From Octopus sinensis (taxonomy: Eukaryota): a stretch of 64,000 nucleotides of DNA. Both the position numbers and the translations under genes were made by a program. The stretch covers positions 167,958,001 through 168,022,000 of the forward strand of contig NC_042999.1 of the NCBI RefSeq assembly GCF_006345805.1. The letters are read 5' to 3'. How positions within the stretch are numbered: position 1 is the first letter of the stretch; each line of letters opens with the position of its first letter. Positions 38,170 through 50,065 of the stretch are shown in pieces. The notes beneath the pieces were generated by a model. It was not told where the DNA came from. It searched no databases and saw only the letters and a program-made list of their open reading frames with translations.

Positions 38170-38805
38170 TTTTTGTTACCAGTTCTCTGTTGAACTAGCA
38201 ACTACATGTTACAACTACATGTGTTCCAGTTGATCTGATCAACGGAACAGCCTGCTCATGAAATTAACATGCATGTGGCTGAGCACTCCACAGACTTGTG
38301 TACTCTTAACGTAGTTCTCGGGGAGATTCAGCAAAATGCAAAAATATAGGAAAATACCACCTGTGTCATCTCTTGTGAAAGGTAGGAGAGTCCAGTTTGC
38401 TGGACATTGTTGTAGAGCTGAAAAAGAGGTAATTTCTACTCTTCTCCTCTGGAAGCCATCTACTCGCAATACCAGAGGGTGCACACTCTCCTACCCTGAT
38501 GTAATCTCCAGGGATACAGGCATCCAGCAACAGGACCTCCGTAATGCCATGATGGACCGTGAAGTCTGGCGTAGCATGGTAAATTCCATTGTCTCGACCA
38601 CGGTCGAACAATGATGATGATGATGAGCATGGCACAGAGTGTGACAAGGCTGGCCCTTTGAAATACAGGTGCTACTCATTTTTGCCAGCTGAGTGGACTG
38701 GAGCAAGATGAAATAAAGTGTCTTGCTCAAGGATACAACTCGTCACCAGGTATTGAACTTATGATCATAAGCCAAATACCCTAACCACGAAGCCACGCAC
38801 CTTCA
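38170..38805 (-). mobile_element. SINE family B interrupted by an RTE insertion
   Basis: Consensus gagattcagc|gtgacacagagtgtgac is split at 38331/38629. Confidence 0.8.
38332..38628 (+). mobile_element. RTE-type LINE 3' fragment (second RTE family)
   Basis: Track ORF 38336-38614 RRVQFAGHC..LLWKP..DLRNAMMDREVWR; the stop lies inside the (TGA)n tail. Confidence 0.85.
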
Positions 38806-38911
38806 CTCTGTTGAACTCCACCCTTTTTATTTCAATTAATTTCGAAAATAATTGAGAATTTATGAAAATATCTTAGTAATTATTAAGCTGCTAATTGAAA
38901 CATAAATTAAC

Positions 38912-39309
38912 TCTTTTACTCTTTTACTTGTTTCAGTCATTTGACTGCGGCCATGCTGGAGCACCGCCTTTGATCGAGCAACTCGACCCCGGGACTTATT
39001 CTTTTGTAAGCCCAGTACTTATTCTATCGGTCTTTTTTGCCGAACCGCTAAGTAACGGGGACGTAAACACACCAGCATCGGTTGTCAAGCAATGCTAGGG
39101 GGACAAACACAGATGCACAAACACACACATATATATATACATATATACGACGGGCTTCTTTCAGTTTCCGCCTACCAAATCCACTCACAAGGTATTGGTC
39201 GGCCCGGGGCTATAGCAGAAGACATTTGCCCAAGGTGCTATGCAGTGGGACTGAACCCGGAACCATGTGGTTGGTTAACAAGCTACTTACCACACAGCCA
39301 CTCCTGCGC
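38912..39309 (-). mobile_element. SINE family A, young
   Basis: Full-length; ends ~280 nt upstream of EGF exon B. Confidence 0.88.
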
Positions 39310-39585
39310 ATGAAATTTTGATGAGAAATTTTAATTTAGATTACTTTATTTAAAAATTTTGTATCAAAGAATTGTGGACAGTCTTGGACAAGTTGGCATC
39401 AAAAGGGTTAAACTATTTCTGAAAACAACATCAAAGACTATTGCTACAAAGTCTTTAGTGCTGCCAACACTTGTTAAGTGATTTTATTCTAAACAGATAT
39501 TTTCATCCCTCCTGGCTGTTGCATGTTTCCAGTTTAAATTTACACTGTGTTAATCAAATGCCGTCTGCTAATTACCAATTCTTAG

Positions 39586-39653
39586 GTGCCACATAGACTA
39601 CACTGGGCAACGCTGTGAAACTATGCTTGGGGACACAGTTCAAGGTGTAAGAG
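39586..39653 (+). CDS. Alternative EGF C-terminal exon B (canonical Cys5-x8-Cys6)
   Basis: Branch-like tgctaat at 39566, acceptor cttag|g tgc, donor agag|gtatgt; 68 nt = 1+66+1. Encodes CHIDYTGQRCETMLGDTVQGVR with the canonical Y-x-G-x-R-C. Confidence 0.88.
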
Positions 39654-40578
39654 GTATGTACTTTTTAATTTTTAAGCATGAAACACATTCTTTCTCTATT
39701 TTCTGCTTGTCTTTTCCCGTCTATCACTTATGCACCTATCTAGAATATTCTATGGTCATCTATCATATTTTGTTGCCAAATATTATTCAACAATCAAATT
39801 TTAAAATCCTTAGATCTATTAAATGCCTAGCCATTTATTATTTCCTTATTACAACTGCTGGGCTATTAGAAATATGTTAGTAATTGATAAAAAGTTGCAA
39901 AGAATTTTATTTGATATTCCAATTCAAGCCATCTGGCTTTTTTTTTTCCTGTAGAGTTAATAACAGTTGACATTCATTAAAATTTTGTAAATTAAGTCAA
40001 ATTGGTACTATGCTCTCATTCCTCAAAAAAATTAAAAACCAAATCTTCAGACTATTCAAGACTAATCTAAGGATTTATGGTAAAATTTCTTAAATTCTCC
40101 CTTATTTTTTTTCCAGAAATTAACTACTTTAGATTTGACAGTTTATTATTTTACCAACTTATTTGGACTATCATGGTCTTACAGCTAATGCTTAGTAATG
40201 TGGTAACAGTTTTAATGGTTAGTAAACAATAATTCTGTGCAAACTACCAGTTGATTTGGTTGCTGTAATTTTACATGAATTACCTTTCAATTGGTTACTG
40301 ATCCCAAATTCTCATTAATCTTATAGTTGTGACCATTTTAATGTGTATGTGTTAATTTTTGATGGAATAAGTATCAAAATGTTTAAAGATACAAACATTT
40401 AACTGTAACATAGATAAAGCTCCTTCTCAACTCATATACACTGATGGGGTCAGTTTTCCAGTTTCTATGGCCTATTGTATTCCCATTGGTTTCTTAACAT
40501 GAAACCAATGGTAGCCTTAATACACAAATAAAGAATCTTTGTCCACTAATGTAGTGTTGAGCACTCATTCTCATTGTT

Positions 40579-40618
<40 letters not shown>

Positions 40619-40658
40619 CACACACACACACATACATACATATATATATATATATATA

Positions 40659-41874
40659 TTGGGTTGTCCGGAAAGTTCATGCCGATTTATTGTAGCTTAC
40701 CTTTCGACTTATTTTAGAACATGGTTGAGTCCATAAAATAGGATTTGACTACACCTCCATTTAGAATACAGTTTAAGAAGGTTTATGTTCCTATAACCTG
40801 TGTTAATTCTGTAACCCTTTAAAATGGAAGATAAGAAAGTTCATTTTCGGCACTTGATGCTTTTCTTTTTCTGTAAAGGGAAAAATGCCTCACAAGCAAC
40901 CAAAGAAATATATACAGTAACGGAAGTGGTTCACAAGGTTCCGAGCTGGAGATTGTAGCCTTATTGATAAAGAGCGATCAGGCAGACCATCCACTACAGA
41001 GGATGACCAAATCAAGTCATTTATTGAGAATAACCCACATTGCACAACCCGAGAATTGGCAGAAAGCCTCAACCTATCAAAATCCGTCGTTCATGAGCAC
41101 CTCGTAAAGCTTGGGTACACAAATGGCTACGATGTTTGGGTACCACATGAGTTGAGTGAGAAGAACCTTTTGGATGGCATTTCTATTTGTGATTCGCTTT
41201 ATAAACGGAATGAAAATGCGCCTTTTTTAAAGCAAATTCTGACAGGTGATGAGAAATGGATTATCTACCAAAATGTTCAGAGAAAGCGATCCTGGAGTAA
41301 GCGACATGAGCCACCTCAAAAGTGGGTTTCAACCTTAAAAATCTTGCTTTGTGTCTGGTGGGATTGGAAAGGAATTCTGTACTTCTCCCAAGTAACCAGA
41401 CAATTAATTCTGAGAAATACTGCACACAACTGGACAAGTTAAAAGCAGCAATTCAAGAGAAATGTCCAGAATTGGCCAACAGGAAGAATGTTGTTTCCCA
41501 ACATGATATTGCAAGACCGCACGTTTCTTTGGGAACCAGACAAAAATTGCTGCAGCTCGGCTGGGATGTGTTTCCCCACCCTCCATATTCACCAGATATT
41601 GCTCCTTCGGATTTCCACTTATTCAGGTCTCTGCAGAATAGTCTTCATGGTAAAAATTTCAATTCCTTGGATGATGTAAAAAGATACCTTGTTGAATTCT
41701 TTGCCATGAAACCACCTCAATTCTGGGAAGAGGGTAATTTCAAGTTAAAGGAAAGATGGAGACGCATTGTGCAACAAAATGGTTCATATTTGGTTGATTA
41801 GAAATGTAATGGCAAATATTTATTGACCTTTTTCTTTTCTTTAAAAATCAGCATGAACTTTCCGGACAACTCAA
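40659..41874 (+). mobile_element. Full-length mariner (Tc1/mariner, DD34D) with disrupted transposase
   Basis: TA|ttgggttgtccggaaagttcatg ... catgaactttccggacaactcaa|TA TIRs. ATG at 40824 (MEDKKVHFRHLM..GKNASQA); WVPHEL, TGDEKW, QHDIARPH, HPPYSPDIAPSDFHLF motifs; frameshifts. Inserted in (TA)n. Confidence 0.95.
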
Positions 41875-42602
41875 TATATATGTACATATATATGTACGTA
41901 TGTATGTATGTATGTATGTGCCAGCAGTCCCACCCATGCCAGCATGGAAAGCAGATGTTAAACAATGATGACGATGACACACATATGTATCAAGCAATAA
42001 TGCTTGTGGTGTATTATAATTAAAACAAATTGGTTGGTTGCAAGAAACCTGTGAATCCTTGGTATAAAATTGCTCTTAATTAGAAATAATACTATAAAAA
42101 AAAAGGAAATTAAAATCCTTCTTATACCCATAATATGCTTGTTTGTCTTGTTTGAAAGTTTAGAAAATTGGTGCCAATACTTGGTGCATCCTTTATGAAA
42201 TGGTATTATGTACAGAGTGTAGCATAACTGTATAGTGTATTGGCAACTGACTTGGTCTTCTTTTAAACTTCACAGCTGTTGACTTGCCACTCTTTTCTTC
42301 TGCACCCTCCTAGCAACTGATATAGCATTGTTAAAATATTATCCATTTTCACCACCAGTAGTTTATAGTTCTTCTATTCCACTTTTGTATATACTTCGCT
42401 GAATCCATCTATGCCCTGCTCTCAAACCATAACACTAATACAGCTGGCATCTATCTCTTCAAGCTTTCTGTTTCTTTTATAAGATCTGGAAAATGCTTTA
42501 TAAATTATCAAGTTCTATCTCTTTAATATTAAATTGCTCTGATTTTCTTCCAAATCATTTGGTACTTGTTTCTATCACTATTTTCCCCTACCCGCACCCC
42601 AT

Positions 42603-42644
<42 letters not shown>

Positions 42645-43065
42645 CAGTTAAACAGTAAGGTTTATACAATTTATAATGTGCTTTTTATTTTCTTTGCAGT
42701 TTCAAATTTATTTATAATAGTCTTAAATTGATGTAACTCAAACACAGTATAATGTTTAACCAATACTTACAGTTTTCTCTCCAACAGTATGTATTTAGAA
42801 AAACAAAATCAAGATATTCAAATACACACACACACACAAAAAAAAAGAAAACAAAGCACTGAAAGTGTTTTATTTTTGTGTGTTATGTCTAATGCCATTA
42901 AAGTCTGTCATGTATTTTTGTGTCTTTCCTTACTTTCTCTCTTAGAAAAGATGTAACCAGAAGATTATTATATTTTTAACTGAATATTTTATGTACATCA
43001 TGTATCGATCAATAGAATGAAATATTAAACAGGTATATTATGTTCAGATGCTAATGTATTTCACG

Positions 43066-43470
43066 CAGCAGTGGCTGTGTGGTAAGTAGCTTGTTTACCA
43101 ACCACATGGTTCCGGGTTCAGTCCCACTGCATGGCATCTTGGGTAAGTGTCTTCTACTATAGCCTCGGGCCGACCAAAGCCTTGTGAGTGGATTTGGTAG
43201 ACGGAAACTGAAAGAAGCCCGTCGTATATATGTATATATATATATATGTATGTGTGTGTTTGTGTGTCTGTGTTTGTCCCCCTAGCATTGCTTGACAACC
43301 GATGCTGGTGTGTTTATGTCCCCGTTACTTAGCGGTTCGGCAAAAGAGACCGATAGAATAAGTACTGGGCTTACAAAGAATAAGTCCCGGGGTTGAGTTG
43401 CTCGACTAAAGGCGGTGCTCCAGCATGACCGCAGTCAAATGACTTAAACAAGTAAAAGAGTAAAAGAGTA
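43066..43470 (+). mobile_element. SINE family A, young, sense orientation
   Basis: gtggctgtgtggtaagtagc head through to gtaaaagagtaaaagagta tail. Confidence 0.88.
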
Positions 43471-44164
43471 ATGTATATAATTAGATATAAGGTTTACACA
43501 CACACACGTACAGTCACACACACACACAGTCGCACACACATTCACATGTGAATTAAATATGTGCATCTGTTTTGTGTGTCCTGATAAATGTCGACTCCAG
43601 ATCAACAAATGTTTAGGTAAAAAGGCACAAACATAAATCCACTCACATATAAGTGTTTGCCTAAGCCCTTCCTAATGTCAAACCACTTTGTAAGGTAATT
43701 GGCATTAGGAAGGGTATCTAGATGTAGAAACCATGCCAGAGCAAACAAATGGACCCTTGTGGAGTTCTCTGGCTAACCAGCCCCTGTTGAACCATCCAAC
43801 CCATGGAAAGCAGACGTTAAATGATGATGATATCTTGTATGTACAGACAAATGTATGACTACTACTGTATGAGTTACAGCTCCACACAGATTATCATTAT
43901 CCAGTCAGCTTCTTATAGTGGTAATTCAACCACAGAACTTACTAGTGTTACTAGTTATGATATACAGAGATTATATAGTTGAAAATTAAGATACACACCA
44001 GTATAAAATATATAGTTGCTACCAACATTTCATCATTGCAGTTATTTGGAACTTGGCACTTGATGTTACATGTGCACTTGAATGCTTAAGTGCCATGGAT
44101 CAGCAAATTGGTTCAGTGTGTTCTTCCTAAATTTTCAGAGTCTAATCACATGCAGAGAGTGAAT

Positions 44165-44750
44165 GTGTGCTCTGATGACAGACGGTAGAGAAAGGAGAAA
44201 CAGCAGCACTCCAGGCTAAAGAAGGTCTTCATCCACATAAGGTGTTGTTATCTGTTTGGTGGGATAGGAAAGGTTTAGTGCACTTTGAACTTTTAAACCC
44301 AAACCAAACAATAACAAAGGAGATCTACTGTGAGCAGACTGAGTGGATTAAGTCAGCGCTAGAAGAAAAACAACCATCTTTGGTTTCAAGACGAAAGGTG
44401 TTCTTCCATCAGGATTATGCTCAGCCACATACAGCGAGGACGACATTCCAAAGGCTGGAGCAGTTTCAATAAGAAACAATGCCCCACCCACCATATTCAC
44501 CAGACATTGCCCCATCTGATTATCATTTATTCCACATCCTTCAAAATAATTTGGATGGTAAAAGTGTGAATTCCCTAGACGAGGTCAGAACAGTACTGGA
44601 GGAATATTTTTTCTCACAAACAAGTGAATTTCGGAAGAGGGGCCTTACAAGTCTACCAGATAGGTGGAAGAGCATTGTAGGAAATGAAGGAGAGTATATT
44701 TTAGATTAAAAAAGAATTTGGTTTATCTTAATTTTGAAAAATAAAAGAAG
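44165..44750 (+). mobile_element. Mariner transposase 3' fragment (second family)
   Basis: WWDRKGLVHFELL, HQDYAQPH, HPPYSPDIAPSDYHLF, GEYILD*; internal stop. SINE A fragment follows at 44752-44930. Confidence 0.88.
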
Positions 44751-45003
44751 GCTATAATAGAAGACACTTTCGCAAGGTGCCATGCAGCTGGGTTGGGAAG
44801 CAATCCAACTGCATTGTTTTGAATTCAGTCTCACTAGGTGGCACCTTGGGCCATTGTCCCCTACAACAGCTAAGTTCAAAGCCTTGTGAGTGGATTTCAT
44901 AGATGGAAACCAAAAGAAGCATGTCATGTACATGCATATGTGTGTGTGTGGGGGGGGGGTGCGTGGGTGTATACACACACACACACACTCACACACGTGT
45001 ATG

Positions 45004-46304
45004 CAGGGCTGGATCTACCACTAGGCAAATTAGGCGACCACCTAGGGCGCAGCATCTAGGGGGCGACAAACTCTGGGGATGTCTTGGGAGGTACTGACTT
45101 AGGAGAGAGAGAGAGAGAGTTTAAGAAATTTATGATTATAGAGTGATAATTTTGTTATTATAATAAAAAAATTCACTTATCAAATCGTCAGCAATTAGTA
45201 GGTAAAGTTTGATAAAGATTTCAGTAACACTTAGACTTCTGAAATCCTATGTTCCCTCTAAGGCTTTGGTATGTGTGCAGAATTTGAAGTAAAGCCAGTG
45301 TGCATTAAAAGAAAGAAACAACAATTCTGATATGAAGGAGAAAATGAACCTATCCAGGGTAGTAAACAAAATCAATGTTTTATGTTGCAAAACTGGATAC
45401 GTCAATTAATTCAGTTTCAAAATGCTTTGAACAACTGAAACATAGAAATTCCATCTTTGGCTTTCTCTGGGATATAAAATCTTTGCAATGTAAAACTTCT
45501 CATCAAGTAATGGAATTTTACATAAAATTTGAGTCTGCCCAACAGGTTGAAGAGTCAAAGGGTGTTGATACTAAAGATTTGGCTAATGAACTAAATGTCA
45601 TATCAAGAAGACTTGAAAAATCCTCTGGGTCCTCTGAAAGTGCTTGAACTTCTTTCTGAGTAGCAACAAAGAGAAAGCTTTCCAAATTTGTACATCTCTC
45701 TCAGAAACCTGCTAACTCTACCAATGAGTGTCACAAGTGGAGAGCGTAGCTTTTCAAAACTTAAATTAATAAAGGCATTTCTAAGAACTTCAATGGCCCG
45801 AGAGGGGCTCACTGGACTAGCTATGCTTTCCATAGAACATGGAATTTGTAGAAAACTTCCACTCCAAGAGCTTGTAAAAGATTTTGCAAGACAGAAAGCT
45901 CGCAAAATTAGCTTTCAAGTACCAAGATGAAAAAAACAACAGTATTTCAATATTTCAACAATCAATAATAAAGTGAAATCAAACCAAAGAAGGATACAAA
46001 CAAGGGCTTGGTGAACTACTGTTTGTTTACCATATTTGCTCGTAGCCAATTAGTAAAATATTAAATTTTCAGTATATCATGTTTATTAGTTATATATTTT
46101 TTCATTAATTTTTAAGAAATGAATTTAAAAATTTTCCTTTACAAGTGACTTCAAAACCCTTCTATGTTTATTCATATTTCTAAAAACTTTTTTGAGGAAA
46201 TCCTCAGCTTGTTGGGCTGCCACCACCCCCCACACACACACACACGCACACACACTGCAAGTGGGGGGTAGGAGTAAAATTTGATTCGCCTAGGGCCGGC
46301 CCTG
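45004..46304 (+). mobile_element. Internally deleted hAT transposon retaining the C-terminal dimerisation region
   Basis: Ends cagggctgg.. / ..ctagggccggccctg. LTLPMSVTSGERSFSKLKLIKAFLRTSM..GLAMLSIE (45688-45930) is the hAT dimerisation motif. Degenerate 8-bp TSD cgtgtatg / cacatatg. Confidence 0.85.
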
Positions 46305-46547
46305 CACATATGTGTATATATGTGTACATATATACACATATATATATATTTATACACACACACACATATATATATATATACACACATACACTCATGCGCA
46401 AGCATACACACAATGGGTTCCTATCAAACCCACTCACAAATTTTGGTCAAACTGGGGCTATTGTAGAAGACATTGGCCCAAGTACCACCCAGTGTGACTG
46501 AACTCAAAACTATGCAGCTGGGAAGCAAACAGTGTACCACACACTCA

Positions 46548-46584
<37 letters not shown>

Positions 46585-46856
46585 CACTCCAAACTGTTAC
46601 AACTTATTTCAGTCATAACAGCTCTGTGATTTTTTAATGCATGCATCTATCTGACATTTCCGTATACCAATTTCTTTTTGGCAATATTAGCTCTGTTTAG
46701 ATTTTTTTCATTAGATATTCTTCTTCTTCTTCTGCCTCCCCTCCTAACTGTTCTTTAATTCTCCTCCTCATTCACATTGTCAACCTCTCCATTTTCCCTA
46801 TCATCATCATTATTATCACAACTACCATCACCACCATTATCATCATAGTCATATAT

Positions 46857-47250
46857 TTATTATCAACCATCGTACAAACAATAACTCTGAGCACCTTTTC
46901 AAACTCCACCCATCTAACACCCATGGACATATTTACAAAGTCAGAAAACAGCACAGCTCCCATGACTTCAGGAAACATTTTTTCACGCTGAGAGTTGCTG
47001 AAGCATGGAACAAACTGCCGGCATCAGTTGTTAGTTGTCGGAGCACTGCATCCTTCAAAACTTCCATGCTTCCTGAAATTCACCAACACTACACCTGATT
47101 TTCTCCCCTCCATACACACACAAGCATGTATCTGACTCATACATTGTTCGCTTTCCAGATATTTTTACATTACTGCATATGCTTTATACGCACTTTCTGA
47201 TAAGTTGTGGTGCACCTAAGCAATGGATACAATTAATTTCATTATTATTA
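46857..47250 (+). mobile_element. CR1-type LINE 3' fragment
   Basis: Nearly identical to 53135-53540; ends in an (ATT)n tail. Confidence 0.9.
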
Positions 47251-47429
47251 TTTAGAAGTCTTAAATGAGAAACTTCAAGCCTCTTCTCTTTCTCCTTAGT
47301 GGTCAAATTGTATCCTGTAACATTTGACTGGTTTCTACTGATGTTGTTCTTGTGTACATATCTTGTGAGTACTTTTTCTAATGAAAAGGCAGCATGAAGA
47401 GTTTTCAATTTTCAGTTACTATCATCTTC

Positions 47430-47918
47430 ATCAAGACAAAGTCGTTAGAACACCAGAGAAAATGCTTTGCTGTATTTCTTCTGATTCTTTGCATTCTGAG
47501 TTCAAATTCTGCCATGGTCAGCTTTGCCTTGCATCCTTTCGGGATAAATAGAATAAGTAGGATGAGCACTGGGAGTTAATGCAATCGATTAACCATTCCC
47601 CACCAAATTTCAGGCCTTGTAGAAACTGATTATTATTATTATTATGATGATGATGATGATGATGATGCCAACACTGACGCCGATGACGTCATAGGTTTAA
47701 GGTGTTGAGCTGGCAGACTCGTTAGCACACCAGGCAAAATGCTTAGCAGCATTTCATCTATCTTTACATTCTGAGTTCAAATTTCACTGAGGTCGACTTT
47801 GCTTTTCATTCTTTTCCGGGTCAATAAACCAAGTACCAGTGAAACACTAGGGTCAATGTAGTCAACTAGTCCCCTCCCAACAATTTTCAGGCCTTGTTCC
47901 TATAATAGAAAGGATCAA

Positions 47919-47954
<36 letters not shown>

Positions 47955-48145
47955 ATAGGTTTAAGTTGGTGAGGTGGCAAAAAAATGCTTAGCAGCTTTC
48001 TGTCCATATTTACACTCAAATTCTGCTGAGGTTGACTTTGCCTTTCATCCTTTCAGGGCCAGTTAAATAAGTACCAGCTGAGCAGTGGGGTTGATGTACT
48101 CTTGGAATTGCTGGCCTTGTGCCAAAATTTTCAATCATTATTACA
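47430..48145 (+). mobile_element. Three head-to-tail SINE family C copies
   Basis: Repeated aaatgcttagc..gagttcaaatt..ctttgcctttcatcctttc..aagtaccag..ggccttgt, each followed by an (ATT)n or (GAT)n tail. Other + copies near 12045, 53670, 57755 and 61170. Confidence 0.8.
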
Positions 48146-49485
48146 TTGGTATATTTTTTGGATATTGTTAAATGTGATTCTGCAAAAACAAACAGGAAAA
48201 TGTTTTTGTGGGGCAAAACTTTCTCCTTTCTCCTCAGTGAAAAAAAATAAAAATAAAAATAAAATTTAGGCCAGAAAAACATGCAAGAATTGTTGTTGAT
48301 GCAAAAATGAATGTGGGTTAGGGAAATAGATATTCCAAAACAACAACAACAACAATAACAACTACGATTGATGCTGCATGTTAGAATGGGATTATAGAGT
48401 TCAGTCAGTTACAAGGAAGACAAACTTCAAAATATAGAGACTGTTCTTAATGGTTGGGCAGATAACATCCTTGGAATTGGTGTCATAGTAAACACTGTTG
48501 GTTGAATCTCACACTGTGTTAGTTGGTTGGGTGGGTGGGTGGGTGGTTTGGTTGGTTGGCTGGTTGGTTGGCGCTGGAAAGTGTATTGAAGCGTTCTAAA
48601 GCTCCGACACAGCAGATACGCCTGAAAGATATATAATTAATAGATGTCAATCTTTGTTTTCAGAAGCTATGATATCGGCGACTAAATGCTTTTAGAATGT
48701 TTACTCTCTTGAGAGCAAGAGAAACTTCTTGGAATGTATTTGTTGTTTTTATTATTTAGCAGAAGATCAAGAAGTTATGGTATCTTGTGTTTGATACAGC
48801 AGAACAGCTTTTTTAAAGTTGTTTGCTATCATAGCAATACAGCTGGAGTTAACAACAACAACATCAAACATAGAATAGTAAGAATTAAGTAGATAAGGTA
48901 AGAATATTATTGGGGGTATTGCATCAGAAATTATTAGCAGAAACTAATGAAAAGTTCAAAATACATATAATACTTATTTTTTTATAATCCATTTAACTAT
49001 GTGGGTTAGAATGGAATTTTCTTCTTTTTTTAAAAGACAAATTAGAAATTTACATATTGAATCAAATATTTTGACAGGAGATGCATTTTATTTCTAGTTG
49101 TGATAAACGAGTAAAATTGTCAGGCAGAGTATTCTCCCTTGGCTGGCTGTAACTTGTTTTGAATCTTATTCAAATTAAAAGACAGGAACTCAGTAATGGT
49201 GACTCCAGAGAAATCAAAACGATGGCTATGATGTAAATATTTACTAATCATCAGTCTAGGAAGCGAATAGGGGAATATATTTCATTAATGGAATGAATTC
49301 AAGCTCTGATTTCTAAAGCAGCTGAAACACTTTACAGAAAAAAAAAAATTTCATTATTTCAAAATAATTTCCTTTCCCTGTGAAAAGTGTATTAAACAAT
49401 AACATTGTTTTCTTTTTTTTTTCCTTCATATGAAAAAAATTTTTTAATTCATTTTTTTCAAATTCCCTTTCCATCTACATTTATT

Positions 49486-49535
<50 letters not shown>

Positions 49536-49956
49536 CATGGAATTTTCAGTAATAATAATCAGACTACAAGTAGAATTTTGTTACATCAGTATATCAAAAT
49601 ACTTACTCTTAATACCTTTTCTGCTTGACATATTCTCTAACTAAATAGGATAGGTTGGTTTTGCCATTAGCTGACAAAAAGTATGTAAAAAGCAGAAACC
49701 TCAATGTGATGACACAATTAATCATTATAGCCTCATACTGAAAATTTATCTCATTTATAGAAATACCTAGAAATTTCATCTTTTTTTTTATCTCTTCTTT
49801 CCTGTCATTTTTCATTACATCATTACTTTTGTCTTTATTTTCCACAAGTAGAGCCTTACAATCTTGAGGTAATTTGTTAATAATTTCCTTTTTGAATTAG
49901 TATAGAATGAAATGTATGTTATAAACCATTGTTTAATGCCTTGTTTGACTCTGCAG

Positions 49957-50065
49957 GACAATGCCACTACCTTACAAGTGCTGTCATAGCTATAGGAACT
50001 TTGCTGGCATTTTTTACTTTAATAATGTCCATTGCCTTGATATATTTTCTGTGCAAATGTTTCAA
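49957..50065 (+). CDS. Stalk + transmembrane exon
   Basis: ttgactctgcag|ga caa ... ttc aa|gtaagt; 109 nt = 2+105+2. Encodes (G)QCHYLTSAVIAIGTLLAFFTLIMSIALIYFLCKCF(K). Confidence 0.87.

Noticed and set aside
40483-40511. 11-bp hairpin ccattggtttc/gaaaccaatgg
   Set aside because: Short enough to arise by chance in 64 kb of AT-rich DNA; no context.
43066-43140. tRNA-like sequences at SINE heads
   Set aside because: A/B-box-like motifs are present but there is no complete cloverleaf, and each runs into a SINE body. Not tRNA genes.
48664-48695. Possible stop-containing stalk exon (E)AMISATKCF* after a good acceptor, and an upstream C-x13-C reading from 48644
   Set aside because: Acceptors of this quality are frequent in long AT-rich introns; the Cys spacing is not EGF-like and there is no independent support.
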